A stretch of 55,053 nt of DNA from Bacteroidota bacterium (GTDB lineage: Bacteria > Bacteroidota > Bacteroidia > Chitinophagales > LD1). Below, piece after piece: positions 37,183-46,936 of this stretch. Below the pieces are notes generated by a model that made no database searches, had not been told where the DNA came from, and worked only from the letters and a program-made list of their open reading frames with translations. Positions within the stretch are counted from its first letter, which is position 1. Every line of letters starts with the position of its first letter. The DNA is taken from the NCBI GenBank assembly GCA_025963485.1, contig JAOQAO010000187.1, positions 1-55,053 on the forward strand, given 5' to 3'. Position numbers and translations under genes: made by a program.

Positions 37183-37296
37183 AACAGCAAGAATACGGCA
37201 TAGCGTAGAATCATAATATGATTTATCTGTCTCGGATAGAATGGGCGATGCCCGATTCCAGCGTATGCACCTTTACAGGGCTTGAGTATTAATAAA

Positions 37297-38667
37297 TCAG
37301 AGTTTTACGACCTTGTATGTCTTTGAGCTTGTTTGGGTGGAGACCTTGATCAGGTATGTACCTGTGGCCAGGCGAGCAAGCGAAATACCCGTGTGATCTG
37401 AGATCAGTGAAGCAGTATATAGCGCTTTACCGGTGAGGTCAGTCAAGTCTGCGTTGACAGGACCGGTCACGTTGGCGATATCGATGAAAATATGGTCCTG
37501 AGCGGGATTAGGATACAGACTGATGGATGATCCATCGGAGAGCATATCGACCCCCATAGTGCCACCCAGATTTTCAAAGCTGCCTGCAAAGGACTGGAGG
37601 TATTGATTGGCGAGTGTGGAGTCGTGTATGATGAGTGTATTCTCGTCATTTTTGGTATCGGCTGTCACGGACCAGTTGTGCGAACCGGTAAGTACCAATG
37701 GATCCATAGCCGGATAATCAGGGTCTACGACCATCATCTTGCTGTGGTAAACCTTGTTGCTTTGGCTATAGATCTTCAGGTCTGATCCCATAAGGGGACT
37801 TAGTATGTTATAGGCGCTATATCCTATACTAAACTCGTCCATGATCCCTTTGACCGTCATGCCCGCGGTGCTGTATTTAGCACTTATGGCATTTGCATTG
37901 GGTGACTCAGTGAATGTATAGACCCCGAAAAACAACTGCTTATCAGCAGTATTTATAGCTGTCACTATCTGGTCATTGGTATTGTCAGAGGGGCTGAAGT
38001 AGAGTTGTACGGTTTTGCCATCAATCGTAAATGTATGTGCGGTAGTGGCCGTTTTGAAAGGCCCGAATTTAGCATTGGTGGCATTGGGTGTAGCAGTAGT
38101 GCTCCCCCACATCTGCTCAAACTCAGCTAGATATGCCTGTGCCAGGGGTTGATCCTGTATGATCACGGCATTATTGACATCTCGGTCAAACATGAGTTCG
38201 GACCAGTTGGTAGAGCCTGTCCAGACAGTGGCATTGCTGGAATTTGCGACATCTATGATCATAAATTTGTTGTGCATGATATTGTACCCGCTTCCGCCCG
38301 GGCTAGCCAGGGTATGTATCCCGGCATTGAGCAGGCCGATGGAATTGCTTGCATTGTCTTTGCCATCGTATATGAGGCGAACAGTGACCCCACGGCCATA
38401 AGCGCTATTGATAGCTCCTGCTATATCCGCCATACCGCTGCCCTGTGAGAACTGATAGATGGCGATGTCGAGGGTCTGGGTGGCACGGTTGATATAGGCT
38501 ATCAGGGTATCATCGAGGGTATAATTGAGGTATACTGCATTATTGCCATGGCGGGCAAATGTAGTATCAACAGGTGTATTGAAGTAAGCTTTGATCTTAT
38601 CGCCTGCGGCGTATGAAGAGAAAGAAACGACAAAAAGAACAGCTAAAAGTAAATATCTGGTCATCAA
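37297..38667 (-). CDS. Phospholipase D / Nuc-family protein with a T9SS type-A CTD
   Basis: Two HKD motifs (HNKFMIID...TGSTN; HSKMMVVD...TGSHN...NDEN); CTD LYPNPA...G.Y.IKV...KVVK. Confidence 0.9.
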   Translation of the reverse strand: MMTRYLLLAVLFVVSFSSYAAGDKIKAYFNTPVDTTFARHGNNAVYLNYTLDDTLIAYINRATQTLDIAIYQFSQGSGMADIAGAINSAYGRGVTVRLIYDGKDNASNSIGLLNAGIHTLASPGGSGYNIMHNKFMIIDVANSSNATVWTGSTNWSELMFDRDVNNAVIIQDQPLAQAYLAEFEQMWGSTTATPNATNAKFGPFKTATTAHTFTIDGKTVQLYFSPSDNTNDQIVTAINTADKQLFFGVYTFTESPNANAISAKYSTAGMTVKGIMDEFSIGYSAYNILSPLMGSDLKIYSQSNKVYHSKMMVVDPDYPAMDPLVLTGSHNWSVTADTKNDENTLIIHDSTLANQYLQSFAGSFENLGGTMGVDMLSDGSSISLYPNPAQDHIFIDIANVTGPVNADLTDLTGKALYTASLISDHTGISLARLATGTYLIKVSTQTSSKTYKVVKL

Positions 38668-38829
38668 TGATATGTTGTATAATTTAAAGCAGGGACAAAC
38701 TTAAGATATTTCAGGGCATTTGTGGTGGGGGGAGACAGCATGGTGCACGACACTCCATGTTGAGTATGTAGTTTACCCACAGAGGAGTTATTGGGTATTA
38801 TGGACAAAAAACTATCTTAGCGCACATTA

Positions 38830-39579
38830 ATGAAGTTCCTCGAAGAAATAGGCAGCTACCTGATCATGATGCGTCATGCTTTCTCCAAACCAGAGAAGGC
38901 AGCTATGTATAGTAAAGAAACCTTCCGGCAGATGAAAGATATCGGGATAGGCTCGCTGTCTATCGTAGCGATCATCTCCACCTTTATCGGTGCGGTGACT
39001 GCGGTACAGTTCTCCTACCAACTCAAAAGTATAGGCCTCGTACCCATGTGGTGGATGGGGTCTATAGTACGGAAAGGCCTGATACTGGAACTAGCACCGA
39101 CTATCACCTCCCTCCTACTGGCAGGCAAGGTGGGATCAAACATAGCGACCGAACTAGGCAGTATGCGCATATCCGAACAGATCGATGCGTATGAGATCAT
39201 GGGAGTCAATACACGCTCCTACCTGGTCGGGCCTAAGATCCTGGCCGCTATAGTGGTGGTTCCTATGCTGATCGTCATAGCCGTAGCGCTCGGTATACTG
39301 GGTGGCTGGGCCGGTGGCGTACTGGGACACTTCTTCTCTACTGCAGAGTACATCAGGGGACTACAGGATAATATGAAGAACTGGGACGTAGTGGTCATGT
39401 TCATCAAATGCCTGTTTTTTGCCTTTATCATCGCCTCCATACCTTGCTATAAGGGATATACAGTATCCGGCGGTGCGCTGGAGATCGGCAAAGCCAGTAC
39501 ACAGGCCGTGGTTCTGAGTAGTATCATGCTGGTCATCGTCAACTTTTTCATTGCATTTTTCCTACTGGGCGCCGAATGA
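38830..39579 (+). CDS. mlaE: MlaE-family ABC permease
   Basis: ELAP.IT.LLLAGKVGS.IATELG.MRISEQIDA..IMG; GGA..IGKAST.AVV. Confidence 0.9.
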   Translation: MKFLEEIGSYLIMMRHAFSKPEKAAMYSKETFRQMKDIGIGSLSIVAIISTFIGAVTAVQFSYQLKSIGLVPMWWMGSIVRKGLILELAPTITSLLLAGKVGSNIATELGSMRISEQIDAYEIMGVNTRSYLVGPKILAAIVVVPMLIVIAVALGILGGWAGGVLGHFFSTAEYIRGLQDNMKNWDVVVMFIKCLFFAFIIASIPCYKGYTVSGGALEIGKASTQAVVLSSIMLVIVNFFIAFFLLGAE

Positions 39580-40337
39580 TAGAGATAAAGAACATCAAGA
39601 AATCGTTTGGGGAGCAACAGGTGCTTAAAGGCATTTCAGCTACATTTATGGAGGGCAGGTGCAACCTGATCATCGGTAAAAGCGGTAGCGGAAAAACAGT
39701 CACGCTCAAAACGATGGTGGGCCTGGTAGAACCGGATGAAGGCGATGTACTCTATGATGGAAGGTCTTTCACAAAAATGAATTTTAAGGAAAGGAAGAGT
39801 ATACGCCGCGAGATCGGAATGCTATTCCAGGGAGGTGCATTGTTTGACTCCCTGACTGTGGAGGAGAATATCCGTTTCCCGCTGGATATGTTTACCACGA
39901 TGTCGATCGAAGAAAAGACCGAACAGGTAAATATCTGCCTGAAGCGGGTGAATATGGTCAACACCAATATGAAATACCCCGGTGAACTGAGCGGTGGCAT
40001 GAAAAAGCGGGTAGGCATCGCAAGAGCTATTGTATTGAATCCTAAGTACCTATTCTGTGACGAACCTAACTCCGGCCTCGATCCGAAGACCTCGATCGTC
40101 ATAGATGAACTCATCCAGCATATCACAGAAGAATACCAAATGACAACTGTGATCAATACACATGATATGAACTCCGTGATGGGCATAGGCGATCACGTCG
40201 TATTCCTGCATGAGGGGCTCAAGTACTGGGAGGGAAATCACAAAGAGATCATGCAAATAACCGGAGGAGAACTTTTTGATTTTATATTTGCCTCGGACTT
40301 TTTGAAAGATCTAAGGCGAAACGCGAAGGTTAATTGA
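39576..40337 (+). CDS. mlaF: MlaF-family ABC ATPase
   Basis: GKSGSGKT, LFQGGALFDS, LSGGMKKRV, CDEPNSGLDP, THD. Confidence 0.9.
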   Translation: MIEIKNIKKSFGEQQVLKGISATFMEGRCNLIIGKSGSGKTVTLKTMVGLVEPDEGDVLYDGRSFTKMNFKERKSIRREIGMLFQGGALFDSLTVEENIRFPLDMFTTMSIEEKTEQVNICLKRVNMVNTNMKYPGELSGGMKKRVGIARAIVLNPKYLFCDEPNSGLDPKTSIVIDELIQHITEEYQMTTVINTHDMNSVMGIGDHVVFLHEGLKYWEGNHKEIMQITGGELFDFIFASDFLKDLRRNAKVN

Positions 40338-40409
40338 CAACGCCTTGAATCAATAAAGCTATTAACAGCGATTATAAAAACCAGTGGAAGTAAGAAGTAA
40401 GGATATCAT

Positions 40410-40450
40410 TTATCTAGTTGCCAATTATCAATTGTAAATTATAAATTAAT
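40410..40450. repeat. Tandem heptamer-like repeat upstream of sucD
   Basis: ttatcta gttgcca attatca attgtaa attataa attaatt; same class as 21158-21192. Confidence 0.45.
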
Positions 40451-40455
40451 TAAAA

Positions 40456-41346
40456 ATGTCAGTTCTAGTAAGTAAAGACAGCCGTGTAATAGTGCAGGGA
40501 TTCACAGGCAAAGAAGGTACATTCCACGCCTCGCAGATGATAGAATACGGCACGAACGTCGTGGGTGGTGTCACCCCCGGCAAAGGTGGAGAAAAGCATC
40601 TCGACAAACCGGTATTCAATAGTGTCGCAGATGCTAAAAAGGCAACAGACTGTAATGTATCTATCATATTCGTACCACCTCCCTTTGCCGCAGATGCGAT
40701 CATGGAGGCGGCTGACAGCGGCATAGAACTGATCGTATGTATCACCGAAGGTATACCTGTACAGGATATGGTGATGGCAAGGAACTACCTCAGCTCCAGA
40801 AAGTCCAGGCTCATAGGCCCTAACTGCCCGGGTGTCATCACCCCACAGGGCGCTAAAGTGGGTATCATGCCGGGATTCGTATTCATACCGGGCCGGATAG
40901 GTATCGTATCCAAGTCAGGAACACTGACATATGAGGCCGCAGATCAGGTAGCAAAAGCAGGCCTGGGTGTATCCACTGCCATCGGCATAGGAGGCGATCC
41001 TATCATAGGTACTACTACAAAAGAGGCCGTAGAGCTATTTATGAATGACCCGGATACCGATGCGATCGTCATGATCGGTGAGATAGGTGGTAGCCTCGAG
41101 GCTGATGCGGCTCGTTGGATCAAGGCAAATGGCAATAAGAAGCCGGTGATAGGATTCATAGCAGGCCAGACAGCACCTCCGGGACGCAGGATGGGCCATG
41201 CAGGTGCCATCATAGGCGGCGCCGAAGATACTGCTGCAGCGAAAATGCAGATCATGCGTGATTGCGGCATCTACGTGGTGGATTCTCCTGCCTCTATCGG
41301 GGAAATGGTGGCCAAGGTAATGAGCAGTGCTGCTGTGACTAAATAA
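40456..41346 (+). CDS. sucD: Succinate-CoA ligase alpha subunit
   Basis: [29 protein letters not shown] and RRMGHAGA (phospho-His). Confidence 0.97.
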   Translation: MSVLVSKDSRVIVQGFTGKEGTFHASQMIEYGTNVVGGVTPGKGGEKHLDKPVFNSVADAKKATDCNVSIIFVPPPFAADAIMEAADSGIELIVCITEGIPVQDMVMARNYLSSRKSRLIGPNCPGVITPQGAKVGIMPGFVFIPGRIGIVSKSGTLTYEAADQVAKAGLGVSTAIGIGGDPIIGTTTKEAVELFMNDPDTDAIVMIGEIGGSLEADAARWIKANGNKKPVIGFIAGQTAPPGRRMGHAGAIIGGAEDTAAAKMQIMRDCGIYVVDSPASIGEMVAKVMSSAAVTK

Positions 41347-41377
41347 TTATAAACGATAAACCCCAAAATACAATTTT

Positions 41378-41779
41378 ATGAGAAAGGCAATCATTTTTGG
41401 AATCATGATATCTGTGATACTGATGTCATGCAGCAAGACCAATAACAGCCCGTTTATAGGCACATATAATGGCAGCGGGGCAAGCAATACCATCAGCAGA
41501 GTGACTATAGGCGCAGCGGGCAGCACCAATCTGCAGGTACAGCTACAAGTGCAGTCTGGCGGTGTATACTATACCTTTGCTACGATCCAGAATGCGGTCC
41601 CTGCATCCGGGACGAGCCTGTCAGTAAACGAGAATGGGCTGATATTCGGCTCTTCGGAGACTTACCATTTCGTAGGAACCGGAGCACTGAGCGGTAATAA
41701 CCTGACACTATCAGGCAGTGCTACGAACGTCAACAACTCCTCAGACGTGAGGTTATATTACTTTACAGGCAGTAAATAA
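41378..41779 (+). CDS. Small beta-rich lipoprotein (paralog 1 of 3)
   Basis: Lipobox LMSC; FIGTYN; C-terminal YFTGSK. Confidence 0.8.
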   Translation: MRKAIIFGIMISVILMSCSKTNNSPFIGTYNGSGASNTISRVTIGAAGSTNLQVQLQVQSGGVYYTFATIQNAVPASGTSLSVNENGLIFGSSETYHFVGTGALSGNNLTLSGSATNVNNSSDVRLYYFTGSK

Positions 41780-41810
41780 GGTACTTCCTGGTATATCTAC
41801 TAGTCAATTG

Positions 41811-41843
41811 AAGCCACTTCCGGAAAGATCGGAAGTGGCTTTT
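41811..41843 (+). terminator. Intrinsic terminator
   Basis: aagccacttccg-gaaagat-cggaagtggctttt. Confidence 0.85.
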
Positions 41844-41995
41844 ATTATTATAACACATTGATTATCAATAAATATACGCACTCCTCAAAAAATCATCCGA
41901 CTTCTTTGAAACTTTTTCCGGCTTATCGGCGTACATGAGCAAGTGATTCCCGCATACCCTTGCATTAAAATCACTAATCCGTAAACAACTGTTTT

Positions 41996-42448
41996 ATGAA
42001 AAAAATACTATTCATCTGCACTATTCTCGCAGCTCTATTCATCTCCGGATGCAAAAAAAGTAACGAAACTGACTATGCTTCGGGCTGGGTAGGTGTATAC
42101 AACGATCCATCTTCGGTGCCTAATTCAGGAGTTAATACTACAGCCTACCTGAATAACATTATCATCAGCAGCACAGGGCCCAGTACGTTGAAGATTCAGA
42201 TAAAGGCAATCGAAACAAACTATATATACACATATACCACACTGAAGGGTGTCAACCTGAATGGTGCAACTGTAGCCAATATAGATGAGATGGACAACCT
42301 CACAGAAGGTACCGGACAATATCATATAAAAGGCACCCTGACCATGACCGGAACACATGTGGTACTCTCCGCCACCGCTACTAACACTGCATCCACCAAA
42401 GAAACAGATATAAAGACATTGTACTTCTCTGGTATCAAAAATCAATAA
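41996..42448 (+). CDS. Small beta-rich lipoprotein (paralog 2 of 3)
   Basis: Lipobox ISGC-KK; WVGVYN; LNNIIIS; YFSGIK. Confidence 0.8.
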   Translation: MKKILFICTILAALFISGCKKSNETDYASGWVGVYNDPSSVPNSGVNTTAYLNNIIISSTGPSTLKIQIKAIETNYIYTYTTLKGVNLNGATVANIDEMDNLTEGTGQYHIKGTLTMTGTHVVLSATATNTASTKETDIKTLYFSGIKNQ

Positions 42449-42471
42449 CTCATATCAATCAAGATAGTTCG

Positions 42472-42500
42472 AAACCATCTCTCGGCCGGGGGATGGTTTT
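42472..42500 (+). terminator. Intrinsic terminator
   Basis: aaaccatctctcgg...gggggatggtttt hairpin followed by a T-rich tail. Confidence 0.7.
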
Positions 42501-42641
42501 ATCTTTTTATAGTACTCTCGCCAAATAGCCGCCGGAAATATTTGAGTTCCTTCTTAATGGCTTATTAGTTTGGCATTAATATTGTTTTAATCTATAATGG
42601 TCTATTTTTCGTATATTGTAGTAGGCAGAATTTCCCCCCTT

Positions 42642-43052
42642 ATGTTAAAGCTGCTATTGATATGCGTAGTTTCAGTGTCCCTTCTCCTATGGGGTGGATG
42701 CAAAAAAGCAGGGAATGCCAATACAGGTAATTGGGTCGGCGTTTATAATTCGTTCAACCAACACGATTCTCTCAACAACATCATCATATCAGCTGCGGGC
42801 GACAACCTACTAAAGATAGAAGTCAAAGGTGTATCAGGAGGTTATATATATATCTATACAACCTTGCATCATGTGACCATAAATAATCCGACTCAGGCAA
42901 CAATAAACGAAAATACCAGCATCAGCGGTGTCAACGGCCTGTACAACGTACAAGGAACACTGATGCTCTCAGGCCCCGACATCAGTCTGACTGCTACCGC
43001 TACATCCGGCGCTGATGTGAAAAACATCACCTTCACAGGTAGTCGGCAATAG
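42642..43052 (+). CDS. Small beta-rich lipoprotein (paralog 3 of 3)
   Basis: ATG 42642; GGC-KK lipobox; WVGVYN; LNNIIIS; FTGSR. Confidence 0.78.
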   Translation: MLKLLLICVVSVSLLLWGGCKKAGNANTGNWVGVYNSFNQHDSLNNIIISAAGDNLLKIEVKGVSGGYIYIYTTLHHVTINNPTQATINENTSISGVNGLYNVQGTLMLSGPDISLTATATSGADVKNITFTGSRQ

Positions 43053-43140
43053 TGGGTATCCGGTTTAAAACTATCTCGCCGGGCTACTCCGTCGCTAACT
43101 TCTTTTTACCATATTTGCGCCCGAATAAAATACCCCACAA

Positions 43141-43923
43141 ATGAAATCTTTTCAAACGCTGCTCACCGAACTCAATAACGGAATACTCATCGTCACACTC
43201 AACAGAGAAGACAAACTCAATGCCCTCAACAAGATGGTAGTCGGAGAAATCGGCGAAGTGATGCAGGAAGTTTATACTAACGCAGAGATAAAAGGTGTCG
43301 TAATCACCGGCAAAGGCAGCAAAGCCTTTGCAGCGGGTGCCGATATAGCGGAGTTTAAAGGACTGGATGAAGCGCAAGGCAAAGCGCTCGCAAAACGCGG
43401 ACACGATACATTCAATATGATAGAGATGTGCCCTAAGCCGGTCATAGCTGCTGTAAATGGTTTTGCGCTCGGGGGCGGATGTGAACTGGCAATGGCTTGT
43501 CACATCAGGATAGCAAGTGAGAATGCAAAATTCGGACAGCCGGAAGTAAATCTCGGGCTTATACCCGGCTACGGTGGGACTCAGAGGCTGGTACAACTGA
43601 TCGGAAAAGGCAAGGCACTCGAAATGCTCATGACAGCTGAAATGATCGATGCACATACTGCACAAAAGCTCGGCCTCGTGAATGATGTGGTGCAGACTGT
43701 AGAACTTTTGGATCACTGCAAAGGTATGGTGACCAAGATCGCCTCAAAGGCTCCCTTTGCCATAGCACAGGTCATACAGTCCGTTTACGCCCACTTCAAA
43801 GAAGGGCTGGATGGTTTTGATACGGAGATCACTCTCTTTGGCAAGTGTGTCACTACAGAAGATTTTGTAGAAGGGACAGCGGCTTTTCTGGAAAAAAGAA
43901 AGGCTAGTTTCAAGGGATATTGA
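43141..43923 (+). CDS. Enoyl-CoA hydratase / crotonase
   Basis: KAFAAGADI, AAVNGFALGGGCELAMAC and FGQPEVNLG.IPGYGGTQRL, with both catalytic Glu present. Confidence 0.93.
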   Translation: MKSFQTLLTELNNGILIVTLNREDKLNALNKMVVGEIGEVMQEVYTNAEIKGVVITGKGSKAFAAGADIAEFKGLDEAQGKALAKRGHDTFNMIEMCPKPVIAAVNGFALGGGCELAMACHIRIASENAKFGQPEVNLGLIPGYGGTQRLVQLIGKGKALEMLMTAEMIDAHTAQKLGLVNDVVQTVELLDHCKGMVTKIASKAPFAIAQVIQSVYAHFKEGLDGFDTEITLFGKCVTTEDFVEGTAAFLEKRKASFKGY

Positions 43924-44176
43924 TCCTTTGAGTGGATTGAATCAAAAGATGAGAATTATATGTTTACACGCATTTATATTTTTCACATTTCTTACAATTT
44001 TCAACTAAGGACAGCGTCTATTACATACGATTGATTGATCATGCTTTTATTTATCAATCTCAATGTAACCATATCATGCCTCCTTAGCTACACATCTCAT
44101 CCTGCTGAATATATTTCAGACGCATTATTGCTTTTATTCTTTAAAATCTATTTTCCCATTCTAAATTCATAAAACT

Positions 44177-46093
44177 ATGGAACACAGTTATTATTATCTC
44201 ATCGCGACCGGTATCGCGATCGTTTTGAGCTTTATTTTCTACCGCCTTATCTTTCGCCTTTTTGGTATCATTATTATTCCCGAGAACCGTATCGGTCTTG
44301 TCACCGTAAAATATGTACTTTGGGGAGAGCACAAAAAACTTCCTGAAGGCCGGATCATAGCAACCAAAGGCGAGGCCGGTTACCAGGCACAGACATTAGC
44401 TCCCGGTATTTATTTCTGGTTTTGGGTTTGGCAGTATGATGTGTTGCTCCAGCCGCTCACAGTCATACCAAACGGTAAGATAGGCCTGCTGCTCGCACGC
44501 GACGGTAAGCAACTTCCCACAGGGCAAATTCTTGCGCGTCATGTGGACTCGGATTCGTATCAGGATGCAGAGAAGTTTCTCAATAATGGAGGATCCAAAG
44601 GCCGTCAGGCTGCGATACTACAGGCAGGTTCATACAGGATCAATACGTTCCTCTTTGAGATCATGGTGACAGAGATCTCCACCATACAGGATAACATGGT
44701 CGGTATAGTAACCACACTCGACGGTGTGCAGATCGATCAGGGACAAATAGCAGGTAAGGTAATACCCGGTCACAATAACTTCCAGGATGCAAATGCATTC
44801 CTTAATGAAAGTGGCAGACGTGGACTGCAGGAGCAGGTGATACTCTCTGGGTCATATGCGCTTAATCCCTGGTTTGCCAAAGTGGAAGAAGTAAAGATGA
44901 CGGAGATACCGATCGGATACGTCGGCGTCATCATCTCCTATGTGGGAGAAGAAGGCCAGGACCTGAGCGGTGTGGAATTTAAACACGGCAATATAGTGGC
45001 TAAAGGCTATAAGGGTGTATGGGCCGAACCATTTGGTCCGGGCAAATATCCTTTGAATCCATTCATCATGCGCACAGAACTGGTGCCTACTACAAACCTG
45101 GTACTCAACTGGGCCACTGCACGCACTGAGTCCCATCAGCTGGATAAAAACCTGTCGACTATCACTGTAAGGTCCAAGGACGGATTCCCATTCAATCTGG
45201 ATGTGTCACAGATCATCCACATACCTAATACACAGGCACCAAAAGTGATCGCCCGCTTTGGGAATATGAACAACCTGGTATCGCAGGTATTGGAACCTAC
45301 GATCGGCAACTACTTCCGCAACTCAGCCCAGGATAGTGATGTGATTGCCTTCCTCGGTACTCGCAAAGAAAGGCAAGAGTCGGCAAAAAGCCACATCGGC
45401 ACAGTACTAGAACAGTATAATGTCTACGGTGTCGATACGCTGATAGGAGATATCGTACCGCCTGAATCACTGATGAAAACGCTGACAGACCGCAAGATAG
45501 CCGAAGAACAAAAGGTGACATACGATACCCAAAAAATGGCACAGGAGACCAGGCAGGCGCTGGAGAAAGAAACGGCTATCGCCGATATACAAAAGGATAT
45601 CGTAAAGGCTGACCAGGGTGTCGTGATCGCTAAGCGCATAGCGGATGCCGCAGTGGAGAAAGCAACCGGTGAAGCCAACTCAGTAAGGCTCCAATCCAAC
45701 GCGGAAAGCGATAAGATGAAGATCATCGCCCAGGCAGAGGCACAGCGTACTAAAATGCTCGCAGAAGCGAACTCAGAACAAGTGCGCCTCATGGCAAACG
45801 CTGAGGCTGAGAAGATCGCCAAGACCGGATCAGCGGAAGCAGAGAAGATCCTCGCTATCGGTAAGTCTAATGCTGAATCATATAAACTGTCAGTAGAAGC
45901 GATGGGTGGCAATAACTTCACCCAACTGAAAGTGACAGAAGCTATAGGCATGAACAAGATCAAGGTCATACCAGATGTGCTGATCACAGGAGTAGCTGAC
46001 GGAGCTAATAGCTCGATCAGTGGCCTGCTCGGTATGGAGCTGATGAAACAGATATCAGAAAAGAGAACAGCTGAGGCTAAGGCTGAAAAGTAA
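44177..46093 (+). CDS. SPFH/Band-7 flotillin-family protein
   Basis: N-terminal TM; repeated 'G..G.Q...L.PG.Y..N' segments; SPFH core (ITVRSKDGF.F.LDV); AEA-rich coiled coil. Confidence 0.88.
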   Translation: MEHSYYYLIATGIAIVLSFIFYRLIFRLFGIIIIPENRIGLVTVKYVLWGEHKKLPEGRIIATKGEAGYQAQTLAPGIYFWFWVWQYDVLLQPLTVIPNGKIGLLLARDGKQLPTGQILARHVDSDSYQDAEKFLNNGGSKGRQAAILQAGSYRINTFLFEIMVTEISTIQDNMVGIVTTLDGVQIDQGQIAGKVIPGHNNFQDANAFLNESGRRGLQEQVILSGSYALNPWFAKVEEVKMTEIPIGYVGVIISYVGEEGQDLSGVEFKHGNIVAKGYKGVWAEPFGPGKYPLNPFIMRTELVPTTNLVLNWATARTESHQLDKNLSTITVRSKDGFPFNLDVSQIIHIPNTQAPKVIARFGNMNNLVSQVLEPTIGNYFRNSAQDSDVIAFLGTRKERQESAKSHIGTVLEQYNVYGVDTLIGDIVPPESLMKTLTDRKIAEEQKVTYDTQKMAQETRQALEKETAIADIQKDIVKADQGVVIAKRIADAAVEKATGEANSVRLQSNAESDKMKIIAQAEAQRTKMLAEANSEQVRLMANAEAEKIAKTGSAEAEKILAIGKSNAESYKLSVEAMGGNNFTQLKVTEAIGMNKIKVIPDVLITGVADGANSSISGLLGMELMKQISEKRTAEAKAEK

Positions 46094-46113
46094 CAGTCTT
46101 TGATATAAATATG

Positions 46114-46147
46114 AGCGCAGCATTTGAAATATAGTGCTGCGCTTTTT
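46114..46147 (+). terminator. Intrinsic terminator
   Basis: agcgcagca...tgctgcgct followed by tttt. Confidence 0.7.
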
Positions 46148-46158
46148 ATATTTATAGA

Positions 46159-46872
46159 ATGGCACTCCCAAACATTATTGGTTCCTATTTGAATGACCTG
46201 CTGCTATTGGCATTTCCTAATAACTGTCTGGCTTGCAGCGGCTCACTGATGACCGATGAGAAAGATATTTGCTTTAGTTGTATTGATTCATTCCCCGAGA
46301 CTCATTATCATCTGTCTGCTGATAATCCAGTAGCGCAACACTTCTGGGGACGTGTACCTTTAGCGCATGCAGCATCTTATCTGTACGTCCGCGACGGCAA
46401 TATGACGCAGACGATGATTCATCAACTGAAATACAAAGAGAAAAAGAAGATCGGGGTCAAACTAGGGAGGTTATATGGATATAAGATGAAACAAGCTGAG
46501 AGCCTGTTTCCAAAGATAGACCTGATAGTGCCAGTACCTCTTCATGCGAATCGAAAAAACCAACGTGGGTATAATCAGAGTGATGTGTTCGCTCAGGGGC
46601 TGTCGGAGATACTGGAGGTACCGTATGAGCCTAACGTGATGAAGCGAGTGGTAGAAACAGTATCTCAAACCAAGCGCTCGCGCTATGAGAGATGGGAGAA
46701 CGTGGAAGGCATCTTTGAACTATCAGAACCGGATAAGATAAAGGGGAAACATATCCTGCTAGTAGATGACGTCATCACTACCGGAGCGACGATAGAATCA
46801 TCTGTGACTACTCTGCTCAAGGGGGAAAATGTAACAGTAAGTGTAGCTACCATAGCTACTGCCGGCAGGTAA
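46159..46872 (+). CDS. comF: ComF-family phosphoribosyltransferase-like protein
   Basis: CxxC..CxxC zinc finger, LKY, VPVPLH...RGYNQ, LLVDDVITTGAT. Confidence 0.92.
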   Translation: MALPNIIGSYLNDLLLLAFPNNCLACSGSLMTDEKDICFSCIDSFPETHYHLSADNPVAQHFWGRVPLAHAASYLYVRDGNMTQTMIHQLKYKEKKKIGVKLGRLYGYKMKQAESLFPKIDLIVPVPLHANRKNQRGYNQSDVFAQGLSEILEVPYEPNVMKRVVETVSQTKRSRYERWENVEGIFELSEPDKIKGKHILLVDDVITTGATIESSVTTLLKGENVTVSVATIATAGR

Positions 46873-46874
46873 TA

Positions 46875-46908
46875 AAAAAAAGGTGCGGGGTTACTCCTCC
46901 CCGCACCT
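46875..46908 (-). terminator. Intrinsic terminator between convergent genes
   Basis: AGGTGCGGGG-ttactcct-CCCCGCACCT with an A-run on its left. Confidence 0.8.
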
Positions 46909-46936
46909 AAACATATCAATCAGTACAATGAAAAAA

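Noticed and set aside
37081-37296. Possible CRISPR array or structured ncRNA
   Set aside because: The repeats are only 5-9 nt with no constant repeat-spacer period, there are no cas genes, and no known RNA family was recognisable.
38830-41346. mlaEF without mlaD, and sucD without sucC
   Set aside because: Split arrangements of these genes are ordinary in Bacteroidota.
43990-44095. Possible ECF promoter or riboswitch upstream of the flotillin gene
   Set aside because: Only partial matches (CGTCTA, TGTAAC) without a convincing paired element, and no recognisable aptamer.
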